DNA from: an uncultured delta proteobacterium
Lineage (GTDB): Bacteria; Desulfobacterota; Desulfomonilia; Desulfomonilales; Desulfomonilaceae
Length of the DNA: 24,000 nucleotides
Direction of reading: 5' to 3'
NCBI GenBank assembly: GCA_963747865.1
Contig: CAVVHK010000021.1
Location: 1-24,000, forward strand
The position numbers and the translations under genes are program-made. Below the pieces are notes generated by a model. The model had not been told where the DNA came from. It saw only the letters and a list, made by a program, of their open reading frames with translations, and searched no databases. Positions 1-6,920 of this stretch are shown here, piece after piece. Numbering within the stretch: position 1 is the first letter of the stretch; each line of letters opens with the position of its first letter.

Positions 1-3
1 TTA

Positions 4-348
4 CTACCAAACCCTTAAAACCTTCCAGCCTTGTTTTTTAAGCTTAGCCCTATTGTTCCTGTCGCGCAAAATATTCGACTGGATTTTCCCACCCCGGAAT
101 CTTTTTTAGGCAACCTGCTCTTTGTTTTGTTAAAATCATATCCGTGCCAAAAGTCCCCATCTATAAAAATGGCTATTTTTTCCTTTTGGCAAAGCTATGT
201 CCGGGCTTCCGGCGCACTTCTTATAATGCCTTTGGAAATATACTTTGCGCCTCCTAAGCTCCCTGAAAACCAAGCTTTCAATTTTAGTATTCTTGGAGCG
301 TACTTTAGACATGATGTCGCTCCTTTTTTTCTTGCTGAAAACATCCAT
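4..348 (-). pseudogene. vsr: Very-short-patch repair endonuclease (Vsr), reading frame broken at least twice
   Basis: ORF 136..348 reads KKRSDIMSKVRSKNTKIE...GSPDIALPK, the Vsr N-terminal half. The rest of the family signature appears only after changing frame: IAIFIDGDFWHG (about 176..141) and FRGGKIQSNILRDRNNRAKLKKQGWKVLRVW, then TAG at 4..6. It lies next to a C5 methyltransferase, the classical dcm-vsr pairing. Confidence 0.8.
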
Positions 349-381
349 AAAATGATTTATGCCCTGTGGATAATTACCCGC

Positions 382-411
382 TTGGATATTCGGTTTTTAT
401 TCGGGTATAAT
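382..411 (+). promoter_or_regulatory. Sigma-70-type promoter for the LexA-like gene, with a direct-repeat candidate operator in the spacer
   Basis: TTGGAT (382-387), 18-nt spacer, TATAAT (406-411), about 29 nt upstream of ATG 440. The spacer contains ATTCGG twice (388-393 and 399-404), 11 nt apart. Confidence 0.5.
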
Positions 412-439
412 GAAATAATTATATCATAATAAAAATGCT

Positions 440-1037
440 ATGGAAACATTAACAAAAAAGCAAAAACAAATTTTCGACTTCTTCAACTCATATATAGAAG
501 ACAATGGCATATCCCCTACCTTTAGGAGATAGGAAAAAATTTAAGCTGAAAGCGATATCTACTGTCCATGAACATATCGGGATGATTAAAAAAAAAGGCT
601 ATCTTTTAAAAACCGAACAGCTCTCAAAGAAGTTTCGCGCCAAAAAAAGAAAACAAATCTAGTTATAGAAATACCTATAGTCGGGCGAATCCATGCCGGC
701 CAGCCGATTGAGGCAATTGAAAATATGAGGATACGGTTTCGGTAGTCAATCCGAAAATAAAAAAAGCTAACGGCTATTACGCCCTGCGCGTTGCGGGAAA
801 TAGCATGATCGATGAAGGAATTTTCGACGGCGATATTGTTGTCATCAAAAAACAATCTGTTGCAGACAATGGCCAGACCGTCGTGGCTATCATCGACGAA
901 AATCAGGCCACTCTTAAAAAACTCTATCGGGAGAAAAACAGGATAAGGCTCGAACCGAGGAATCCAAATATGCTTCCAATTTTCAGGAAAGATGTTGAGA
1001 TCAGGGGCGTCGTCGTGCAGGTAATAAGCGATATTAA
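440..1037 (+). pseudogene. LexA-like repressor (winged HTH plus S24 peptidase domain), frame broken about 3 times; C-terminal end uncertain
   Basis: Frame-hopping translation from ATG 440 gives four segments. They are METLTKKQKQIFDFFNSYIEDNGISPTF; then IGKKFKLKAISTVHEHIGMIKKKGYLL (HTH); then IPIVGRIHAGQPIEAIEN (Ala-Gly cleavage-site region); then YYALRVAGNSMIDEGIFDGDIVVIKK...ATLKKLY (S24 Ser and Lys motifs, ORF 805..). Breaks lie near 530, 650 and 725. As written, the last frame runs on into the methyltransferase without a stop. A TAA at 1035-1037 is reachable in another frame. Confidence 0.75.
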
Positions 1038-2013
1038 TGACAAGCCCGAACAAGCTTCAACTAAAAAAACAAAACATGGATTTAAAACGCTGGATCTTTT
1101 TGCCGGAGTAGGCGGAATAAGATTGGGATTTGAAAAGGCCGGATTCAAAACGGTATTTGCAAACGATTTTGACGCGCAGTGCAAGAATACATATGATTTG
1201 AATTTCAAAAAATCAAAGCTTGTCGTAGAAGACATAAGGAAAGTTGGGATCGACGATCTTCCTGAATTTGATTTTTTGCTGGGAGGTTTCCCCTGCCAGG
1301 CTTTTTCCATCGCCGGATACAGGAAGGGCTTTGACGATGAAAAAGGCCGGGGAAATTTATTCTTTGATATTGCAAGAATTTTAGATGCTCGCAAGCCTGA
1401 AGGATTCTTGCTGGAAAATGTGAAAAATTTAAGAAGCCACGACGGAGGAAAACATTTAAAATAATTCAGGAAGCTCTGGAAGGCCTCGGATACCATATTA
1501 AAACAAAAGTTCTGAACAGCATGGAATATGGAAATGTTCCGCAAAATCGCGAGCGCATTTATATCGTGGGATTTAAAAACGCAGAATACCGCGATAAGTT
1601 TGAATTTCCGAATCCATCAAAACTCACAACAAAAATTACAGACCTCCTAGAAAAAAATGTTAATGAAAAATATTATTATAATGGAAAGCCCTTGTTTGAG
1701 AAGCTAAAAAATTTCGTAAAGGACGAAGGAAAAGTCTATCAATGGCGCAGGCAATATGTCCGAGAGAATAAAAGCGGAGTCTGCCCGACTTTACTGCAAA
1801 CATGGGAATGGGAGGCCACAACGTGCCGATTATAAAAGATGGAAACGGCATAAGGAAGCTTACTCCCTTGGAATGCTTTAGAATCCAGGGCTTCCCCGAG
1901 GATTTCCAATTGCCTAAAATATCAGACTCAGCTTTTATAAGCAAGCAGGAAACTCTGTAAGCGTCCCTGTGCTTGAAGCTGTAGCAAAACAAATGATGAG
2001 GGCTATGTCGTAG
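1037..2013 (+). pseudogene. DNA (cytosine-5)-methyltransferase, frame broken at least 3 times
   Basis: The C5-MTase motifs occur in order across three frames. They are DLFAGVGG (I), GGFPCQAFS (IV), ENVKNL (VI), PQNRERIYIVGF (VIII), CPTL(T)ANMGMGGHNVP (IX region) and QAGNSVSVPV (X). The gene ends MMRAMS then TAG at 2011-2013. Breaks lie near 1455 (A-run), 1790 and 1935 (T-run). A candidate ATG at 1037 overlaps a TAA (TAATG) but is in a different frame from the body. Confidence 0.85.
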
Positions 2014-2528
2014 CTACCAGACCTTCACGGATTTTGCCAAAGGTTTTATTCCATATCTCGCAATTATCTCTTTCTTGATGCCAAACCTCGGACGCCTTTT
2101 CTGCTCCTGCTGGTCGGTGAATTTCTCTTTTTTATTAAGGCTTGGTTTTTTATATATTTATTAGGAATCAAATATACGTCGAAATATCCATCGCATTTCC
2201 CATCGTTGTAAAAATCAAGCAAGTACAAATCGTCCCATTTGGATTTCGGCCCGAACGTGGTCAAATCTTTCTCAATGCTGCAAGGCTTAATCTGTTGGGC
2301 TTTCCCTGTTTTTAAATCAAAAGTATCAAATGATCCGGCAATGCCCTTATTCGTTCCCTTGATTTTAAGATATCTCCCCGCCCCGGACCATAAACAAAAA
2401 GCAACTTCGGATAATCCTTCAGGAAAATTCGGCTCCCTGGCTTTATAATCCCTTAAGCCAAGCTTGAGGTTTTTCCAAATATCAAAAATGTCCTTCCATT
2501 TCTTGCCGTCAGTTTTATCAAAATGCAT
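2014..2528 (-). pseudogene. Putative type II restriction endonuclease (PD-(D/E)xK-like), C-terminal frameshift
   Basis: ORF 2064..2537 is convergent with the methyltransferase and meets it tail to tail at 2013/2014. It contains SFDTFD...CSIEKD, compatible with a D...(D/E)xK nuclease motif. After the T/A-run near 2131 a second frame continues KKEKFTDQQEQKRRPRFGIKKEIIARYGIKPLAKSVKVW to a stop at 2014-2016. The first ATG is at 2528; the track start at 2537 is TTG. The assignment rests mainly on context. Confidence 0.5.
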
Positions 2529-2762
2529 TAATTGCAAATTGCATTTCTGGCCGAAAACTTTGGTTCGTGTTCTTGAATTTCCATAAATTGTTTAAAATGA
2601 TTATTAGTTGAATTATCATATTCACTCTATTACTAAAAATGGCCGCTTTCAAGTGCTTTTGAGCTGGCGGGTTTTGAGGCACAGGGTCTGGACTAATAGG
2701 CACAATTGCGTCATTCCTTGTACTTGAGGGGTAAACTATTAACCAACCCTTCAAGCAAAAAC

Positions 2763-4086
2763 ATGGAACAAATAACACAAATAAAAAACAGTCTGCCGTC
2801 CCCTCCTCCTGTGATTATCGGGAAAATAAAGTACTGCCTTTATGCCAGGAAAAGCACAGAATCAGAGGAACGGCAGGTAATGTCGATAGATTCGCAGATA
2901 AAAGAAATGTTGCAGGTCGCAGAACGGGATGGGCTGGAAATCGTGGAAATCCGGCGAGAATCGCACTCTGCTAAAAATTCCAGCGAGAGGCCTGTGTTCA
3001 ATTCAATAGTTGAGGATATTAGATTAGGAAAATTCAACGGCATAATGACATGGGCGCCGGACAGGCTTTCCAGAAACGCTGGAGATTTAGGATCGCTAGT
3101 GGATTTGATGGATCAAAAATTATTGGCAGAGATAAGAACGCATAGCCAGATATTCACAAATAATCCGAATGAAAAATTTCTGCTAATGATATTGGGCAGT
3201 CAGGCAAAACTGGAAAATGATAACAGAGGTATTAACGTAAGGCGTGGCCTTCGTACCCGGTGTGAAATGGGCTTGCGGCCGGGCACAGCGCCAACAGGAT
3301 ATTTGAACGAAAAAAGGATTGATCGAAAATGCCAGGTTGCGCTGGATCTAGAACGAGCCCCGATTATCAAAAAAATGTTTGAAAAAGTGGCATTCGAAAA
3401 TTGGTCTGGCATAAAGCTTTATCACTGGATGAGATTTGAAATTAATTTCCGTACAATACATCAGCACCATCTTTCATTAAGTAATATCTACTTAATTTTA
3501 AGAAATACTTTTTACTACGGCGTTTTTGAATATCCAGAACACAGCGGCAACTGGTACAACGGAAAACACGAACCGATTATTGATAAAGATTTATTTGATA
3601 AGGTTCAACACCAACTAAAAGTAGATTATGTCAGAACAGAAAAGGAATTTGCTTTCACAAAACTTATAACTTGCGGACACTGCGGATCGGGAATTTCGGC
3701 TAGAGAAAAATTCAAAAAATTAAAAAATGGTAAGACATTGAAATTTATTTATTACGGATGCAGTAAAGTCCAGAAATTTACATTGCCACGAAGGCTATCT
3801 TCGGGAAGAGGATTTAATTAAACAACTGATGGATATTATTGATAAAATGGACTGAATGATATTGAAGTAAAACACAAATTCCCAAGAAGAGGTAAAAAGA
3901 TACAATATATTCCAAAAACGTGTATTAAAAAATGGAGATAATGAACAACCGCAAAAAGACGTAGATATTAAGAGTTATATGAAATATTTACTCAAGGAGG
4001 GCAGTATATCAGAAAAACGAGAAATACTTTCCTGCATAAAAAATAAGATTGTGATTAGAAAGAAAATTTTAAGCATAGAACAATAG
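2763..4086 (+). pseudogene. Large serine recombinase (resolvase/invertase catalytic domain, recombinase domain and zinc ribbon), C-terminal third frame-broken
   Basis: ORF 2706..3821 shows YARKSTESEE...SIDSQ (catalytic Ser region), DRLSRN, the recombinase-domain YYGVFEY and a CGHCG...YYGC zinc ribbon. The C-terminus continues in other frames: RNLHCHEGYLREEDLIKQLMDIIDKMD, then LNDIEVKHKF, then QEEVKRYNIFQKRVL...ILSIEQ, with TAG at 4084-4086. The likely start is ATG 2763 (MEQITQIK). Confidence 0.85.
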
Positions 4087-4091
4087 AAAAT

Positions 4092-4120
4092 AAAAACAGA
4101 GTTTTTTGAGCTCTGTTTTT
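4092..4120. terminator. Bidirectional hairpin terminator between the convergent recombinase and maf genes
   Basis: AAAAACAGAG (4092-4101) pairs with CTCTGTTTTT (4111-4120) across a 9-nt loop. The A-run and T-run flanks would serve either strand. Confidence 0.6.
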
Positions 4121-4135
4121 AACTTTTGAACTTGG

Positions 4136-4719
4136 CTACAATTTTTCTAAAACGTTAACACCAAAATTTTTGAGCTCTTCCACTAACGGTAACATTGGCA
4201 GCCCTACAACATTGAAATAATCCCCCTCAATCTTTTCTACAAAAATTCCTCCGCGATGTTGCATGGCATAGGCGCCGGCTTTATTCACGGCTCGCCCAAA
4301 GAAATATAGTCATCAATATCTTTTTCCGAAATATCTGTAATAAAAACTTTTGTTTCTACCGATCTGGTAGCTTGTTTATTTGTTTCCGTATCGATTATTG
4401 TAAATCCAGTAATAACAGAATGCGCTTTTCCGCTGAGTTTATTTAGCATAATTTTAGCATTTTCTTTTGTATGCGGTTTGCCAAGAATTTCCTTATCTAA
4501 AATACAAAAAGTATCGGCTGCAATAATAATGGAATTTTCGTGCCTCTTTGCCACATCTTTTGCCTTTCCCAAAGATAAAAATTCCGCCAATTTACTTGGC
4601 TCCATTTTTAAGGTCATATCTTCTTCGTAATTACTTGGGTCCACTTCAAATTCCAAGCCAATTTGATTTAATAAATCTCTTCTTCCCTGAGAGCCTGACG
4701 CTAAAATTATTTTTTTCAT
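4136..4719 (-). pseudogene. maf: Maf-like nucleoside triphosphate pyrophosphatase, single frameshift near 4285
   Basis: ORF 4285..4719 reads MKKIILASGSQGRRDLLNQIGLEFEV...GKAHSVITGF...DYISLGEP. The conserved C-terminus VNKAGAYAMQHRGGIFVEKIEGDYFNVVGLPMLPLVEEL follows in another frame down to TAG at 4136-4138. Confidence 0.85.
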
Positions 4720-4742
4720 ATTTTATATTTTTAAATTATTTT

Positions 4743-4753
4743 ATTATATCACA
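4743..4753 (-). promoter_or_regulatory. Extended -10 promoter for maf
   Basis: The minus strand reads TGTGATATAAT (TGnTATAAT) about 24 nt upstream of ATG 4719. No Shine-Dalgarno motif lies between them. Confidence 0.45.
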
Positions 4754-4756
4754 AAT

Positions 4757-4783
4757 AAAAAACCCGCGGATAAACCTTGCGGG
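4757..4783 (-). terminator. Rho-independent terminator of the hammerhead-containing operon
   Basis: The minus strand reads CCCGC-aaggtttatcc-GCGGG followed by TTTTTTATTT. It lies about 40 nt after the stop (4821-4823) of the receiver-like gene. Confidence 0.65.
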
Positions 4784-4820
4784 AAGTTGATGAGCTCAAA
4801 CTTCTAAGCTTTTTTTGAAG

Positions 4821-5509
4821 TTATTCAGCGCGATCAACGATGAGTCGCTGGAGAATCCCTCCCCAGTTTTTGCCGCCTTCGATGCGATCGTGCCGCACCA
4901 TGGTGAACTGCCGTATTTTCCTTCCCAGCTTCTGACTCAAGAAAGTATCGGGAATCAGTTCGCCCGTGTGTTCATCCAACCACACAAGGCTGAAGCCGTT
5001 GGTGCAAATCAAGCGAATGCCCTTTGCCTTGCTGGTCCCGGAGAAACAGTACGAGTGCGTCGAACGCACGATGGTCATGGTGACCCATATCCGTTACTAC
5101 GGCAACATTTTTGACGCCAGCATGAATTGCCAACAGGGCAATGATCGCACCCAGGGGCATCTCTTGTCCAGCAAAGCGCTCACCCTTTTCGCCAAGCTTT
5201 GCCGTGATGCGGGCATAAGCAGATACGGTCAAGACGACGTCGAAATTCGGATAAGTCGTGGCCTTCTCCATGCATTCCTGATAGTATTGCATGCGAATCG
5301 GTTTCTCCTGCGAATCCTTGCAGTCATACGGATCGGTGCTTCCGTACTTCTCCTTAAAAAAACGCTTCCGCGCGCTCACGATTCTTTTTCGGCACAAGTG
5401 CCGCCTGCGCTTGATCATAATTGCCGACGATCGTGAGATCGTGACCCTTCAGAGTCAACTCAGCCGACTTGCGGTGGACAGGACTGTCATCAAACACCAA
5501 AATCTTCAT
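4821..5509 (-). pseudogene. CheY-like receiver-fold protein of unknown function, frame broken at least twice
   Basis: ATG 5509 is preceded by AAGGAG. The N-terminus MKILVFDDSPVHRKSAELTLKGHDLTIVGNYDQAQAAL looks like receiver strand beta1 with its acidic pair. The gene continues through ORF 4972..5418 (break in a T7 run near 5355) and ORF 4821..5078 (break near 5050). After NFDVVLT, the receiver-like motif DLLMPAS is readable only one frame off. Confidence 0.55.
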
Positions 5510-5537
5510 CACACTTCTCCTTATTCAGTTTTCCAAA

Positions 5538-5594
5538 GAACCCTGTTTCGTCCTTTCGGACTCATCAGCGAGGATACACATCCGAACAAGACCC
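5538..5594 (-). ncRNA. Hammerhead ribozyme motif, type III topology (copy 1)
   Basis: Minus-strand RNA: GGGUCUUGU-U-CGGAUGUGUAUCCUCG-CUGAUGA-G-UCC-GAAA-GGA-C-GAA-ACAGGGUUC. The CUGAUGA and GAA cores are intact. Stem II is 4 bp closed by a GAAA tetraloop. Stem III is open, formed by GGGUCUUGU with ACAGGGUUC and several G-U pairs. The cleavage triplet is GUU, and stem I is GGAU/AUCC plus a closing C-G with a 2-nt bulge. Confidence 0.8.
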
Positions 5595-5648
5595 ATATCT
5601 TCTTGACATGGGCTGTGATTTTTTAAGTATCACAACTTCTTTCAGTCG

Positions 5649-5804
5649 TCACTTTTTCTTTGGAGTCATCCTCCGAAAGAAATCGCGGACTTGATTCGCC
5701 AGCTCGATGATCTTTTGATCAGTGAGTTCTTTCTTGGGAATCATGAAGACATCAGCAGCGATGCGCGCCAGACGCTTGTCTTCCTTTGTCGGTTTTGCTT
5801 TCAT
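5649..5804 (-). CDS. Small hypothetical protein (51 aa)
   Basis: It is absent from the ORF track because it is under 60 aa. ATG 5804 is preceded by AAGGAG at good spacing. Translation: MKAKPTKEDKRLARIAADVFMIPKKELTDQKIIELANQVRDFFRRMTPKKK, stop at 5649-5651. It lies between the two ribozyme-led genes on the same strand. Confidence 0.45.
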   Translation of the reverse strand: MKAKPTKEDKRLARIAADVFMIPKKELTDQKIIELANQVRDFFRRMTPKKK

Positions 5805-5840
5805 CTAAAGCTCCTTGGTTTGAGTAATTACTGTAATTGG

Positions 5841-6451
5841 TTACGATGCCCGAATGGCCAACAATGTATCGCACCATTGAAGTTGATTCCATTTGTCAGC
5901 CTCACTGAGACCTGCAACAAGACATTTGCATTTGTTGTCACAACCGGTTGCTGGATAATGTACATATCCGGCACCCTGACCAGGCCCCGACCACAAGTTG
6001 CCGAGCGCCTTAACGCTGAACATTTCATCTTTCCAATGTTGAGCGCCGAAAGCCAGGATGCTGATCCCTCGCAGGCCCTAGGCCCATGTGCCACAAGCGC
6101 TTAATCGCCTCATCAATCTTCATGCGCTCTGCATACTCATCGCCGCAGATAATAAGAAAAGCTTCGAATTCGACGATTCCGTTGCCGTTTATCGAAAATT
6201 TCTTGGTGCCGAAATCTTTGTCGACAGAGCTATATCCTCCGGCGGCGATCATCTCTTCAATGGACATGGAGTAATCAATCCTAATTGTGAAGCGCCTCTT
6301 AGTCTTGCGTTCAATCTTCACAATCTGTTCGGCGATGCAGTCCATAACTCCCTTCGCCTTCGAATGAAGAACATTGACGCATATGAGTTCCACCCTTTGC
6401 CTTCACCGAAGCTTCGATCTCAGTCCAAATATTCTTCAATTCTTTTGACAT
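5841..6451 (-). pseudogene. Hypothetical protein (~200 aa) of unknown function, frame broken at least twice
   Basis: ATG 6451 (MSKELKNIWTEIEASVKAKG) joins ORF 6025..6393 (...SIEEMIAAGGYSSVDKDFGTKKFSINGNGIVEFEAFLI...EAIKRLWHMGL). That joins ORF 5841..6023 after a break near 6065 (...ISILAFGAQHWKDEMFSVKALGNLW...LLAIRAS). I do not recognise a named family. Confidence 0.5.
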
Positions 6452-6488
6452 GATTCAAATTCCCCTATAGTTTTTTTCAAAGAACTTT

Positions 6489-6541
6489 TCCTGTTTCGCT
6501 CTTTTGAGCTCATCAGCGAGAGCACGCACTCTCGGACAAGA
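6489..6541 (-). ncRNA. Hammerhead ribozyme motif, type III topology (copy 2)
   Basis: Minus-strand RNA: UCUUGU-C-CGAGAG-UGCGUG-CUCUCG-CUGAUGA-G-CUC-AAAA-GAG-C-GAA-ACAGGA. All invariant core positions are present. Stem I is a perfect 6 bp with a hexaloop, stem II is 4 bp with an AAAA loop, and open stem III is 6 bp. The cleavage triplet is GUC. Confidence 0.88.
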
Positions 6542-6920
6542 GCCCACTCACAAGACAACTCCCGGCGATCCACAGGACCCAAGCGCTATCCATCTCAACC
6601 CAAGGAACCTCTTTTTCGGAGGACGGAATCCGCGCAGGCGCCACTCAAACGCAAGGACACATGGTCGCTCACGCCTGCCCCCGTTCATATAAAGATACGA
6701 AGCTATTTACGAACCGCTCTACTCGTCTCGTGCGTTAGCGAAGGCCTTGCAGGGCTTTCGCCGGTAAATCAATTATGAAGATGGCGCCCAAACGTCGCAT
6801 TTGCGCCCTTTGAAGCGCTCCCGCTTTAAATTTGAAATTGGCCCGAGGGAAGTATTGCAGCCGGCTCGAAGCCGTAATTTCGATATTTCGGGAATTCGCC
6901 CGCGGGTGTTCACACTGCAA

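Noticed and set aside
4786-4803. 13-nt identity (TGATGAGCTCAAA, plus strand 4788-4800) to the core and stem II of hammerhead copy 2, in the opposite orientation
   Set aside because: Position C3 is U, there is no downstream GAG-CGAAA segment, and stems I and III cannot be drawn. It may be a relic or chance, since GAGCTC-containing strings recur in the AT-rich block. It is not a ribozyme as written.
4815-5626. Plus-strand ORFs of 99, 156 and 111 aa (4815..5114, 4966..5436, 5291..5626)
   Set aside because: They lie antisense to the receiver-like gene and hammerhead copy 1, lack SD motifs and have low-complexity, Arg/Leu-rich translations. They are shadow ORFs of the minus-strand coding region.
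6504-6920. ORFs 6504..6692 (+), 6735..6920 (-) and 6801..7154 (+)
   Set aside because: Their translations are low-complexity and Arg/Pro-rich. One overlaps the ribozyme leader and another runs antisense into the peroxiredoxin gene. I treat the region as the promoter and leader of the ribozyme operon; an AT-rich patch near 6660-6700 may hold the promoter, but I could not define it.
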